Below, in pieces: positions 41,054 through 51,506 of a DNA stretch of 64,000 nt (within the stretch, counting starts at the first letter, position 1; each line of letters starts with the position of its first letter). The translations under genes and the position numbers were made by a program. The stretch lies in assembly GCA_027623675.1 (NCBI GenBank), contig JAQBVF010000013.1, positions 21,979-85,978 of the forward strand, given 5' to 3'. This DNA is from Chloroflexota bacterium. Its GTDB lineage: Bacteria; Chloroflexota; Dehalococcoidia; Lucifugimonadales; UBA3495. The notes under the pieces were generated by a model that had not been told where the DNA came from, searched no databases, and was given only the letters and a program-made list of their open reading frames with translations.

Positions 41054-41081
41054 TTGACACGCCACAGGAATGCTCTATAAT
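41054..41081 (+). promoter_or_regulatory. sigma70-like promoter
   Basis: TTGACA (41054-41059), 16 bp, TATAAT (41076-41081). Confidence 0.65.
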
Positions 41082-41285
41082 GCCGACAATTTACGAATAA
41101 ACGGTAAGATGCTAGCCAAATTGCTGTGATTACCGACCTGCTAATACTCTTATCGTAACGGTTAGAGTATTAGCCACGGTTAATGCACTTGTTCCCCTTG
41201 GACGGGAACGTCGTTGGTCTCCAACATTGTAGATGGGCCTCCCGCCGCTGCATTTGGCGAAACGGTCTTTTGGGATGTATACCTG

Positions 41286-43562
41286 ATGTCAGCGCCTCAA
41301 ATAGGCCAAGCTTCCCCTGCTGACCGTGCTGGCCGTCTCGGGCCGTTCGCCGAACTGACGTTATTCGCCATAGTGCCCTTGCTCTTGCTGGGCGGCCTAC
41401 TTGCCGGGCTGATCGCCTCCGGGGCGTTGCCGGCCAAGCCTGCGGGCAGGGATGGCGGCGTGCTGGATGCCTTGTTCCTTGGTCCGGTGGGAGTGTTCAT
41501 CACCGGCAAAGACGACCTCGAACTGCGCTCCAAGGATGGCCGGGTGATGGTGGCGGTGCCAGCCGGTGCCGTAGCGTCTCCCATCTTCCTAAGCTACCAA
41601 GAATCTGGCCTGGCCGGGACTCCACCTCTGCCGCGAGGACACCGCAGCACCGGACGTTTCTTCGAACTGTTAGCACGGCCGGGGCCGCCATTAGGCTCGG
41701 ACATCGAAGAAACCGAAGAAAACCTGAAAGAAGACCCGGTCCGGTTCCAGCGTATGTTATCCATCAGTGTTGGGATCGAGCGAAGTGACATGGCTATGGC
41801 CGGGGATGACTACTCGCGTTTCGCAATTCAGCATTTTCTGGAGCGGGAAGGCGTCTGGGAGACGCTGGAGACAGCCGCCGACCCTGTGAACGCCACGGTG
41901 ACGGCCCAGGTGGACAGCCTCAGCCGGTTCGCCCTCACCGTCGGTCCTGTTGCAGACGTTGGTGTCGTTGAAATTGGACTAATGCCGCCGGTGGGCCCCT
42001 CAGCCCTCGGTGGCCCGCCGCCGGCGTCAGGTCTGGCCCCGCCGGACCCGGCGCCCACCGAGATCCTCCGGCTGGCACCTTCTCCCTCTCCCTCCCCAAA
42101 TGCGGTTTTGGCGGCAACCGCTCCACCAGACTTCGACCCCACCGAGACTCCCCTTCCGGTCCCCGCTGCCACTGCAGTGCCAACTCCGACCCCAGCGCCC
42201 GTCCCGACATCCACCCCTACTCGCATACCCGGTCCGGCGACGAAGCAACCCGGCTACACCCTGCATATAAACGGGCTTGCGTTGGGTCCCCAACAGACCG
42301 AATTCCCCATCACCTACGGCAAAGTAAACCTGTATCCCCCGCCAAGAGCGGACGGGACCTACACTCCAAGCTCGGTGATAACGGTGTTTGTGGAGAAAAC
42401 GGTGCCGATGTCCAGTGTCACCCTGGTGGGTTTTCGCACCCAGATCGGGCAGTTGGGCGACGTCGTGATGAGCAAGGACAGATCGGTGAGGGTGTACATC
42501 ACCATCCCCGTTGGCGCGCCCACTCCCCCTCCGGCCGGTATCTCCACGCCGACGCCCAGCGCAACCGTTTCTCCCTTTGAAACCGCGACTCCCTCTCCAA
42601 CCGTTGCCCCGGCTTCCACCGTCACCCCGTCGCCGGTGCCAGGTCCCACGGCCATACCCACGCCAACGCCGGTGCCTGCCGGACCCGCTCCGGGCAGCAC
42701 GCCCAACCCAACCGCCACGCCGGCCCACACGCCGACCGTCACGCCCACGCCGTTGCCGCCGTCATACCCCAGCGGCGGCCGGATAGCTTTCCAATCCAAC
42801 CGCGCCGGTAACTTTGAGATCATGTTGATGGGAAATGACGGCTCCAATCCCGTGAACCTGAGCGATAACCCGGCGTCGGACGTTGATCCCTCCTGGTGCG
42901 GCAGCGGGAGCATCGTTTTTGGGTCGGACCGAAACGGGGCTTCGGACATCTACCTCATGGCAGCCGACGGTTCAGGCCAGACCAGGTTGACCGACGGGCC
43001 TGCCGCTGATCATGGCCCAGCTTGCAACCCGGCCGGCGACCTGATCGCCTACACCTCCGCCGGAGACGGGAATGAAGAGATATATGTGATGAGCGCCGAC
43101 GGATCGGGTAAGCAGCGGTTGACCACGGACCCCGCGTCGGACGGTTCGCCAGCGTGGTCTCCCGACGGTTCCAGATTGCTTTTCGTGTCGGAGCGCGACG
43201 GCAACCAAGAGGTTTACCTGATGAACGCTGACGGCAGCGGGAAGTTGAACCTGACCAACGACCCGGGCGCAGACTCCGCTCCCGCCTGGTCTCCCAACGG
43301 CAGCACGATAGCCTTCGCGTCAAACCGGAACGGCTCCTGGGAGATTTACGCCATGAACGCCGACGGCTCCGGGGTGTATCTGCTGACCAACAGCGGGGCC
43401 GCCAACGGAGCGCCGTCTTGGAACGGGAGTGGCTCGCAGATAGTGTTTCACAGCGGCCGTGACGGCAACGATGAGGTCTATAAAATGAGCTCCGATGGGT
43501 CTTTTGCCAGCAACCTGACCGGGCATGCCTCCGCCGATGGCTTCGCCGATTGGGAGCGGTGA
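41286..43562 (+). CDS. Membrane-anchored surface protein with Pro/Thr-rich linkers and C-terminal TolB-like (PD40) beta-propeller
   Basis: N-terminal TM helix; two PT-rich tracts; repeats of PAWSPDG..IAF.S.RDGN.EIY.M.ADGS; start uncertain (41214 or 41286). Confidence 0.82.
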   Translation: MSAPQIGQASPADRAGRLGPFAELTLFAIVPLLLLGGLLAGLIASGALPAKPAGRDGGVLDALFLGPVGVFITGKDDLELRSKDGRVMVAVPAGAVASPIFLSYQESGLAGTPPLPRGHRSTGRFFELLARPGPPLGSDIEETEENLKEDPVRFQRMLSISVGIERSDMAMAGDDYSRFAIQHFLEREGVWETLETAADPVNATVTAQVDSLSRFALTVGPVADVGVVEIGLMPPVGPSALGGPPPASGLAPPDPAPTEILRLAPSPSPSPNAVLAATAPPDFDPTETPLPVPAATAVPTPTPAPVPTSTPTRIPGPATKQPGYTLHINGLALGPQQTEFPITYGKVNLYPPPRADGTYTPSSVITVFVEKTVPMSSVTLVGFRTQIGQLGDVVMSKDRSVRVYITIPVGAPTPPPAGISTPTPSATVSPFETATPSPTVAPASTVTPSPVPGPTAIPTPTPVPAGPAPGSTPNPTATPAHTPTVTPTPLPPSYPSGGRIAFQSNRAGNFEIMLMGNDGSNPVNLSDNPASDVDPSWCGSGSIVFGSDRNGASDIYLMAADGSGQTRLTDGPAADHGPACNPAGDLIAYTSAGDGNEEIYVMSADGSGKQRLTTDPASDGSPAWSPDGSRLLFVSERDGNQEVYLMNADGSGKLNLTNDPGADSAPAWSPNGSTIAFASNRNGSWEIYAMNADGSGVYLLTNSGAANGAPSWNGSGSQIVFHSGRDGNDEVYKMSSDGSFASNLTGHASADGFADWER

Positions 43563-43715
43563 TCCGGAGCGAATCGACGTGGCGGGGCGACGGCTGGGTC
43601 CAATGGCTGGGTTCAACGGATGTTTGTATATTCCAGGCGGGGGTGGCAAAATGGCCGGGCTCGCCGCTCCAATGCGGCTTGAGCGCCGTCTAAACCGCGA
43701 ATCAGGAGGCCAAAC

Positions 43716-44477
43716 GTGCCGTCGATCAGACCCAACAAGGCCAAACAGAAATTGCAGAACGGAGAGGTGGTCACCGTAATCTCGGGACTGCAGAGCAGTG
43801 ACATCATAGATTTCCTGGGACCCATCGGCTTCGATGCGGCCTGGATCGAATGCGAACACGGGCCGGTGGACTGGGACGCTTTGGGCGATATGACCAGGGC
43901 TTGCGACCTTTGGGAGATGGCCTCAATCACCCGGGTAAATTCCAACGACCCTGGACTCATCACCCGCACGCTCGACCGGGGATCCATGGGGATCGTCGTG
44001 CCCCACGTGAATTCCAAAGAGGCGGCTGAACAGGCCGCGCAGTCGGCCAAGTACGCTCCGCTGGGGTATCGGGGCATGTTTGGCGGACGTCAGTCCTTCG
44101 GGGTTGGCGACTACTTCCACCAGGCCAACGGCCAGACGATGGTGATCGTGCTCTTGGAGGAAGTGGAGGCGTTGGACAACTTGGACGAGATACTGACGGT
44201 CCCGGATATCGATGTGTTCTTCATAGCACCCTCCGACCTCTCTCAGACCATGGGACACATCGGAAACGCCGAGCACCCGGAAGTTCAGAAAGCCATCGAT
44301 GAGGCGATAGCCAAGATCGTCGCGGCGGGAAAGGTGGCGGGAACGTTGGCCAACGACGGTAATCTGGAGGCCTACGCCGCCAAAGGTGTGCAGTTCTTGA
44401 TGACCTCGTGGAATGGCTGGGTGTCCAGAGGCGGGGCCGAATTCGTCAAGAAAGCGCAGTCGGCCGGGTCGAAATAG
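43716..44477 (+). CDS. HpcH/HpaI aldolase family protein
   Basis: GFDAAWIECEHG, TRV, KYAPLGYRG, LLEEVEA, FIAPSDLS; aggagg RBS. Confidence 0.92.
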   Translation: MPSIRPNKAKQKLQNGEVVTVISGLQSSDIIDFLGPIGFDAAWIECEHGPVDWDALGDMTRACDLWEMASITRVNSNDPGLITRTLDRGSMGIVVPHVNSKEAAEQAAQSAKYAPLGYRGMFGGRQSFGVGDYFHQANGQTMVIVLLEEVEALDNLDEILTVPDIDVFFIAPSDLSQTMGHIGNAEHPEVQKAIDEAIAKIVAAGKVAGTLANDGNLEAYAAKGVQFLMTSWNGWVSRGGAEFVKKAQSAGSK

Positions 44478-44494
44478 GCGGGCGGTCCGGGAGG

Positions 44495-45805
44495 TCAAGA
44501 GGCGGCCGGCGGTCCTGGCGCGTCGGTGGAGTCAGCACTATGAGCATCCTGGCCCGTGGTCTGCAGCGGCAGGATGAGCAGGGCGCCGATCACGAAGAAT
44601 GCCGCATCACCGGCGATCAACGTCTGGTAACCAAGATTGTCGGAGATGCGGTTCAGGGCGTCGATGCCTGGCCCCAGCAGCTTCGCCAACGCTGCCCCGC
44701 CGACGGTCGCCATGTTCACGATGCCGATGTGGAGTCCAGCTCGGCTTTCGTCGGCCAGTTCATTGGCCAACGCCCAGTTTGCGCTGAGCAGCGTGCCGAC
44801 CGACGCTCCGATGAAACTTGCGATGACCAAGACCCCGATCGAATCGTCGGCGGTCAGCATCCACAGCGTGCTCAAGGCCGCCCCGATCGCCCCGGCCATG
44901 ACCACCGGCTTGCGGCCCACGCGGTCGGATACCCAACCCGAGATGTAGACGGCCACGGCCAAAGCCCCGCCGATGACCAGCACCATTCGGCCCAGCGCTT
45001 CCGCCGCATTGTCCAGCCCAACCGAGTCCCGGAGAAAGAATAGTCCATAGGTTGGGAACGAGGCTATGGCTGTGATCATGGCCAGCCGGGACAGGAGAAA
45101 AAGGGCCATTCGCCGGTTAAAAACCGGGCCGAGGGACGCGCCGACAGTTAGGCTCCGCGGGACCGTCGGCGAGTTCGATTCAAGGCGGGTGATCTGGACT
45201 GAAGTTATAGAGATGGCCAAGATCAAGGCCAAGGCCAGTATCCCCAGGGTGATCCACTGCCAGTCAAATCCTGGGTCCGTCTTGCCGATCAACGCACCGG
45301 TGACCGCAATCATCACTGCCGCGCCGGCTGCGTCCGACATGATCTTCATCGACGAGGCCATGCCGATGCGGTTCAGTGGCACGCAGTCGCGGATCAACTC
45401 GAGGCCAGGCCCATAGGCGATGTTCACGTTGGCCTGAATGAATATCCAAACACCGTAGAGGACGGCGAAGTTGGGCGCCAACCGCACCCCGATCAGGCCC
45501 ACCGCGGCGAACACCGAGCCCCAAAGGATGAAGGGCACGCGGCGGCCCAAGGGCGATTCCGTGCGGTCGCTGATCCGCCCGATGATCGGTTGCACCATGG
45601 CGGCCATGACCATGCCGCTGATTCCCAATACCGCCAGGTAGGTGTTCTTGAATTCTTCGGGGGCCACGGTCAGAACGATAACCGGAAGGATCACCGTGTC
45701 CATCGCCAGGACGAAGCCGGTGATGCCGAAGCTAAACGAATTTAGCTTGAGAAGGTCCCAATAATTCCATCGTTCCAGCCACGCGGCCTGGTTCATTCTT
45801 GGCAT
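44495..45805 (-). CDS. MFS transporter
   Basis: About 12 TM segments; QPIIGRISDRTESPLGRRVP and GWVSDRVGRK motif A. Confidence 0.9.
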   Translation of the reverse strand: MPRMNQAAWLERWNYWDLLKLNSFSFGITGFVLAMDTVILPVIVLTVAPEEFKNTYLAVLGISGMVMAAMVQPIIGRISDRTESPLGRRVPFILWGSVFAAVGLIGVRLAPNFAVLYGVWIFIQANVNIAYGPGLELIRDCVPLNRIGMASSMKIMSDAAGAAVMIAVTGALIGKTDPGFDWQWITLGILALALILAISITSVQITRLESNSPTVPRSLTVGASLGPVFNRRMALFLLSRLAMITAIASFPTYGLFFLRDSVGLDNAAEALGRMVLVIGGALAVAVYISGWVSDRVGRKPVVMAGAIGAALSTLWMLTADDSIGVLVIASFIGASVGTLLSANWALANELADESRAGLHIGIVNMATVGGAALAKLLGPGIDALNRISDNLGYQTLIAGDAAFFVIGALLILPLQTTGQDAHSADSTDAPGPPAAS

Positions 45806-46041
45806 CCGCCTGGGCTAAGATAAGCGCGCTGTTAATATCACAGGCGCGCGGCGGGCCATCCCAACCGCCAGCCGTGGTCTATAATACATCAGCTCTCACG
45901 CGCGAACCCCCTTATGGCGGAGCGTGTCGGCCGGTTTCCGTTGAATCACCACCGGACCACCGCAAGATTAATGTAGGCCTGCCGCCCGTTACTGCATGTT
46001 TGATGACCGGGGCGGCATTGGATAGGACACCTGTATCTGCC

Positions 46042-47013
46042 ATGAAGATATGCTCATTGCTCCCCAGCGGCACCGAGATTCTCTTCGCCTTGGGCTTGGG
46101 CGAGCAGATCGTGGGCGTCTCGGACCTGTGCGATTTTCCGCCTGAGGCCGCCTTCAAACCGGTGGTCAGCCGTAGCAAGGTCGATCCATCCGTGCTCTCC
46201 AGCGAAGAAGTTGAAGCCGCTATGATCGACCTGCTAACGCGGGGCGAAAACCCCTACGAACTCGACCAAGAATGGCTGGTTCGGGAATCTCCCGACGTGA
46301 TCTTGACCCAGGACCTGTGCCATGTCTGCGAAGTGGACGCGGGGCAGGTAACCGGAGTGGTCGCCGGTATGGCGATTCAACCCAGGGTGGTGGTGCTGCA
46401 GCCGAGGACATTTGAAGATATCTTGGAATCTTTCTTGCAGGTTGGCCAGGTCTGTGGAGCGGAGGGCGCGGCCAAGCAGGCGGTAGCCGCCATGCGTCAA
46501 CGGGTCCAGGCCGTGCAAGCCAAGCTGCCACCGCCCGAGGCGCGGCCCCGCGTGTTCTCTCTGGAGGGGATCAATCCATTGGTCGTGGGCGGCCATTGGA
46601 TACCCGGCATGCTCGACCTGGCCGGTGGGAAGCAGGACCTGCTGGAGGCCGGCTGCGCGGCCAAGAGGTTGGAATGGGCTGAGGTGCGGGCATATGATCC
46701 GGACAAGTTGTTCGTCGATCTATGCTCTTCGGACCTGGCCCGGAACCTGCGGGAGGCGCCATGGCTGGAGGAGCAGGAAGGCTGGCGGGAGATGGCGGCG
46801 GTGCGGAACGGGGAGGTTTACCTGATTGACCATTCATATTTCAGCCGCCCCGGTCCCAGGGTCATCGAAGGGCTGGAGATTCTGGCGCAGTTGACCCACC
46901 CGGACAGCTTCTCCGGCCTGGTCCCAAGTGATTCGGTGGTCAAGCTGGACGCCCGACTTTACGCCGGTCGCCCTAGCGGAGGAATAGCCGATTGCTTTGC
47001 GCCATACGCTTAA
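46042..47013 (+). CDS. BtuF/TroA-like (cobalamin-binding family) protein lacking a signal peptide
   Basis: KICSLLPSGTEILFALG, PDVILTQDLCHVC, AVRNGEVY, FSRPGPR. Confidence 0.82.
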   Translation: MKICSLLPSGTEILFALGLGEQIVGVSDLCDFPPEAAFKPVVSRSKVDPSVLSSEEVEAAMIDLLTRGENPYELDQEWLVRESPDVILTQDLCHVCEVDAGQVTGVVAGMAIQPRVVVLQPRTFEDILESFLQVGQVCGAEGAAKQAVAAMRQRVQAVQAKLPPPEARPRVFSLEGINPLVVGGHWIPGMLDLAGGKQDLLEAGCAAKRLEWAEVRAYDPDKLFVDLCSSDLARNLREAPWLEEQEGWREMAAVRNGEVYLIDHSYFSRPGPRVIEGLEILAQLTHPDSFSGLVPSDSVVKLDARLYAGRPSGGIADCFAPYA

Positions 47014-47122
47014 GCCGTTTTCCAGGGTTGGTTCCTGCCCTGGCACAGCGATAATTGAACGTATATAATATCGAAGATTTTAGCGTGATATCCTAGGCAA
47101 CGCTCTACGTGTAGGTAAAACC

Positions 47123-47608
47123 TTGATTGACGCAGCCGAGTACAGGTCCGCTCTCTCCCAGTTCGCCACCGGCGTAACTGTCATCACCACCCTGGACGAA
47201 GAAGGCCAGCCCCATTCCATGACTGCCAACGCCTTCTCTTCCATATGCCTAGATCCGCCCACGGTGATGGTCTGCATCGCCCACGGCACGAACACTTTTG
47301 GCTATCTTGAGAAGAACGGCCGCTTCGGGGTTAACATCCTCAGACAGGAACAACAGGAGTTGGGCGCCTACTTCGCCAAGAAACCCGAGGACCGCATCGG
47401 CGATGTGGCCCACCGCTACTCCGTGGGGGAGCCGGGCGTTCCGGTCCTTGAAGATTCCATGGTGTTCTTCGGCTGTGAGGTCGTGGGTTCCCATGTTTAC
47501 GGCGACCACACGATCTACATCGGCCAGGTAAAAGAAATGCGCCGGAACGAGTCCGGCGCACCTTTGATGTTCTTCGGCAGCCGCTGGTACAACCCCGCCG
47601 AGGATTAG
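47123..47608 (+). CDS. Flavin reductase-like protein
   Basis: FATGVTVIT, MTANAFSSICLDPP, GDHTIYIG. Confidence 0.92.
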   Translation: MIDAAEYRSALSQFATGVTVITTLDEEGQPHSMTANAFSSICLDPPTVMVCIAHGTNTFGYLEKNGRFGVNILRQEQQELGAYFAKKPEDRIGDVAHRYSVGEPGVPVLEDSMVFFGCEVVGSHVYGDHTIYIGQVKEMRRNESGAPLMFFGSRWYNPAED

Positions 47609-47690
47609 GCGGGTTGGCGGTTAACCTTGTTGCGGCTGCTGGGGTAGGGCTGCTCTAGGCAGCCGAGTTTCCTAGCGATCCGATGGCCCG

Positions 47691-48380
47691 CTATTTCAAG
47701 CTGGCCATGAACTGCTCGATCTCCTCGTTAACCTTCTTGTATTTCTCCATCTGGAAGTAATGGGTGCCGCCGTTTATAACTGTCTCCCGCGCATTGGGCA
47801 GGTGTGCGGTTAGGTAATCGGCGTACTTTACCGGGGTCATGACATCGTCACTGCCGCAAAGAACCTGGACCGGCAGGTCGATGTTCTCCAACTGGCCCAT
47901 CACGTCGAACTGGTCGCAGGCTAACAGATCGTTCAATTCGACCTCGGGGCCAACTTCCACCGCCCGCTGTGACAGCACCGGTTGCATGTCGGGCGCTACT
48001 TTTTTGTAAGACTTCATCACACCGGCCAGCCATTGGGAGTTGTCCGGGCCGGGCTGCCGGCAACGTTCCAGATAGTCCGGATGCACCCGCAGCCGCGCGC
48101 CGGTCCCCAATAGAATCAAACCCTTGAGCTCTTCCGGGTACCGAAGCGCGTATTGCAACGCGATGGCGCCGCCCATGGAATGTCCGCACAGAACAACGTC
48201 TTTGTATCGTCTGGCGGTGATGAACCCGCGGACCCACTCAACATAGCTGCCGATGTCGTTGCATGCCTTGCCTGTGGAGTGTCCGGGGAGGTCGATGGCC
48301 TTTGAATTGCGGAAGTGACGGAGTTGGTAGTAATACGCCAGGCTGGAACTACCTGCACCGTGCAGGAACACGAGTTTCAT
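47691..48380 (-). CDS. Alpha/beta fold hydrolase
   Basis: FLHGAG, DLPGH, GHSMGG, GSDDVMTP, GTH. Confidence 0.9.
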   Translation of the reverse strand: MKLVFLHGAGSSSLAYYYQLRHFRNSKAIDLPGHSTGKACNDIGSYVEWVRGFITARRYKDVVLCGHSMGGAIALQYALRYPEELKGLILLGTGARLRVHPDYLERCRQPGPDNSQWLAGVMKSYKKVAPDMQPVLSQRAVEVGPEVELNDLLACDQFDVMGQLENIDLPVQVLCGSDDVMTPVKYADYLTAHLPNARETVINGGTHYFQMEKYKKVNEEIEQFMASLK

Positions 48381-48619
48381 TGGTTAAACGCTCTCTTTGG
48401 TAAATTGCCCTCCAGGGATGCCGCCCGGGGGTAATTGGCCCTCGGGTGTCTATTGACCCTGCTTAACGGACGTATCTGATACAAACCATCGCACGTATCA
48501 ATAGTGGAGGTTCGCCATTATCAACTAACAGTACACTTTATCGAAATACGCCCCGAAATTCAAGTATTTTCGGAATCGTCATATGGGTTTTGGGGCTGTT
48601 TTGACTCTAGCGCTTAACA

Positions 48620-48657
48620 TAAAGAAAGCGCCCTGCGATAACAGGGCGCTTTCTTTA
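48620..48657 (-). terminator. Intrinsic terminator of gyrA
   Basis: taaagaaagcgccctg-cgataa-cagggcgctttcttta. Confidence 0.85.
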
Positions 48658-48677
48658 TTCCATTCGTGCTGGAGGGA

Positions 48678-51350
48678 CTATTCCGTTTCGTCGTCGTCTC
48701 CGTCGAAATCTTCGTTATTTTCAACGATGTCGTCCGAATCTTCATCAACCATTTCGTCGACAGCGTCCTCGTCCTCGTTGAGCTCTGGTTCGACCGCTGC
48801 CTCCGGTTCAGTCGCCTTGGCCGCGGGAGCCTTGGCAGCTGATGCCTTGGCGCCGGTCTTTCCGTCGCCTTCCTCAGCGCTGTTTAATTGGGTATCCGAC
48901 TCCTGGAAACAGGCGATGGACGCCACCTGGTCGTCGGCCTCTCGGTCGCGCCAGACGATGACGCCTTGAGTGTTCCGGCCGGTCACGCGCACATCCTCCA
49001 GCGTTATACGCACCACCTGGGCCTTCTCCGAGATTATGAGGATCAGTTGGCCGGGGCCCTCCGACACCACCCTGGCGGCCGCCACCTTGCCGGCCTTGTC
49101 GGTGGTACGGAAGGTGCGGACACCCTGGCCGCCTCGGGAGTGGCGCGGGTAGCTGACCAACGGGGTGCTCTTGCCGTAGCCGCGTTGGCTGACGATCAAC
49201 AGGTGGCTGCTGGGAGTAACCGGGCTCATGGCGACCACGTGGTCCTTGGCCAAGAGCCGTATGCCCCGGACCCCTCCGGCGGTGCGAGAGCGAGGTGTTA
49301 GCCCCGTGATGGGGAACTTGATGGCCTGTCCGTTCTCCGTGACCATCACCACGTCTTTCGCATCGCCAACCTGGGCGACCGAGACCAACTCGTCTCCCTG
49401 CTCCAGGTCCATCACGATGAGCCCGGACGGCCGGATCCGGGTCAACTCGCCGGTCTTAAGGGCTTTTATCTCGCCCATCTTGGTGGCCAGCAACAGTGGA
49501 TACTCGTCTCTGGGATTCTTGATGAGCAGCATCGTCTGGATCTGCTCGCCCCGGTCCAGCGGCAGCAATGTCGACAACAGCGTGCCCCGGCTGGTGCGGC
49601 TCGAGTCGCCGTGTATCTGGAACGCCTTGAGCGGGTACACACGGCCCCGGTTGGTGAAGAAGAACAGGGTGTCGTGGGTGTCCACAACCACCAGGTCCAT
49701 CACCGCGTCGTCTTCCCTGGTCCGCATCCCGACCACGCCCTTCCCGCCCCGGTGTTGGGTTCGGAAGGTGTCGGAGGGCACGCGCTTCACGTAGCCCTTC
49801 TGGCTCAGGGTGATGATGGCGTCCTCATGGGGTATGAATGACTCATCGGTGAGATCGGCGAGTTCCGCGTCGTGGATCACCGTCCGCCGCGGGTTGCTGA
49901 AGCTCTTTTTCAGGGTCTGCGTCTCAGTCTTGATCTCAGCCAGGACCAGAGCTGGGCTGGCCAGCAGCGCCTCGAGTTCGGCGATCCGCTTCAGCAGGTC
50001 TTCGTGTTCGGTCTCCAGCCGTTCTCGCTCCAAGGCGGCCAACCGGCGGAGCTGCATGTCCAAGATGGCCTGGGCTTGGATCTCGCTAAGGTCCAAGGTG
50101 GACATCAGGTTGTTCCGGGCTTCCTCCACGTCGGCCGATCCCCGGATGATGGCGATAACCTCATCCATGCGGTCGAGGGCCAGCAGCAGTCCCTGCACCA
50201 CGTGATCACGGTCCTGGGCTTTGGCCAACTGGAACTCAGACCGGCGGCGAATCACTTCCCGCCGGTGCTCGATGAACAATGTTAGGCAGCGCTTGAGCGG
50301 CAATACCTGGGGCTGGCCGTCGACCAGGGCTAGCATGATGGTATTAAAGGACGACCGCAGGGCTGTGTGGCGGAATAGGTTGTTCAGCACCACGTAAGCC
50401 TGAGCGTCGCGCCGCAGTTCGATGACGACCCGCATGCCGTGGCGGTCGGACTCATCCCGGATGTCGGAGATGCCTTCCAGTTTCTTCTCACGGGTTAGGG
50501 TGGCGATCTTCTCAACAAGATTGGCTTTGTTAACCTGGTAGGGAAGCTCGGTGATGATGATGTGCTCGCGGCCTCCCCGGACCTCCTCAATCTCGGTGGT
50601 CCCCTCCATGATGATGCGGCCGCGGCCGGTGGTGTAGGTGTCGTAGATGCCCTGGTGGCCGTGGATGTTGCCGGCCGTGGGGAAATCGGGACCCTTGACC
50701 ACGCGCATCAACTCTTCCGTGGTGGTGTCAGGGTTGTCGATGAGGCGGACTATCGCGTCGCAGATCTCTCCCAGGTTATGGGGCGGGATGTTCGTGGCCA
50801 TGCCCACGGCGATGCCCGACGCGCCGTTGACCAGCATATTGGGCATGCGAGCGGGCAATACCGTGGGTTCGCCCAGGGAGTCGTCGAAGTTCGCGGCGAA
50901 GTTGACGGTGTTCTGGTCAATGTCGGCCAAAAGCTCGTCGGCGATGGCGGCCAAGCGAGCCTCGGTGTAACGCATGGCTGCCGGGGGGTCGCCGTCGATG
51001 CTGCCGAAGTTGCCCTGACCGGCGATCAATGGATAGCGCATGGAGAAGTCCTGGGCCATGCGGACCAGGGCGTCGTACACCGAACCCTCGCCGTGGGGAT
51101 GGAACTTGCCCAACACCTCACCGGCGATACGAGCGCATTTCCTGAATGCCGAGTTGGGGCGGATTCCCATATCATGCATCGCGTACAGGATGCGCCGCTG
51201 CACGGGTTTCAGGCCGTCCCGCACGTCTGGCAGAGCCCTGGAGACGATCACGCTCATGGCGTAGGTCAGATACGATGTTCGCATCTCATCTTCGATACGA
51301 ATGGGGCTGTTTCCCGATTCGGGTCGTTCAGGTGGGGTGGTTGTTACCAT
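48678..51350 (-). CDS. gyrA: DNA gyrase subunit A
   Basis: [27 protein letters not shown] (catalytic Tyr), GyrA-box QHRGGKG, acidic C-terminal tail. Confidence 0.96.
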   Translation of the reverse strand: MVTTTPPERPESGNSPIRIEDEMRTSYLTYAMSVIVSRALPDVRDGLKPVQRRILYAMHDMGIRPNSAFRKCARIAGEVLGKFHPHGEGSVYDALVRMAQDFSMRYPLIAGQGNFGSIDGDPPAAMRYTEARLAAIADELLADIDQNTVNFAANFDDSLGEPTVLPARMPNMLVNGASGIAVGMATNIPPHNLGEICDAIVRLIDNPDTTTEELMRVVKGPDFPTAGNIHGHQGIYDTYTTGRGRIIMEGTTEIEEVRGGREHIIITELPYQVNKANLVEKIATLTREKKLEGISDIRDESDRHGMRVVIELRRDAQAYVVLNNLFRHTALRSSFNTIMLALVDGQPQVLPLKRCLTLFIEHRREVIRRRSEFQLAKAQDRDHVVQGLLLALDRMDEVIAIIRGSADVEEARNNLMSTLDLSEIQAQAILDMQLRRLAALERERLETEHEDLLKRIAELEALLASPALVLAEIKTETQTLKKSFSNPRRTVIHDAELADLTDESFIPHEDAIITLSQKGYVKRVPSDTFRTQHRGGKGVVGMRTREDDAVMDLVVVDTHDTLFFFTNRGRVYPLKAFQIHGDSSRTSRGTLLSTLLPLDRGEQIQTMLLIKNPRDEYPLLLATKMGEIKALKTGELTRIRPSGLIVMDLEQGDELVSVAQVGDAKDVVMVTENGQAIKFPITGLTPRSRTAGGVRGIRLLAKDHVVAMSPVTPSSHLLIVSQRGYGKSTPLVSYPRHSRGGQGVRTFRTTDKAGKVAAARVVSEGPGQLILIISEKAQVVRITLEDVRVTGRNTQGVIVWRDREADDQVASIACFQESDTQLNSAEEGDGKTGAKASAAKAPAAKATEPEAAVEPELNEDEDAVDEMVDEDSDDIVENNEDFDGDDDETE

Positions 51351-51506
51351 CGATCAACGCTCCTTGTGTGTCCTCTGCGAGAATCGGTGTGCGATTCCCG
51401 GTCCATGGATGGGTGCATCTTATCTATGCGTAGGTTCCAGCCTGTCAACAAAGCGGTGTCAAGAAAATCGGTTGCCGTCAGGTGGGTGATGGGAAGAGGT
51501 CTGGGG

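Noticed and set aside
45886..46041. Canonical cobalamin riboswitch
   Set aside because: Only a partial GCCGCCC..ACTG resemblance; no AGGGAA or B12-box.
48505..48530. Fluoride riboswitch (ggaggttcgccatta)
   Set aside because: Lacks the GGCGATGG 5' strand and the pseudoknot partner; no + strand gene downstream.
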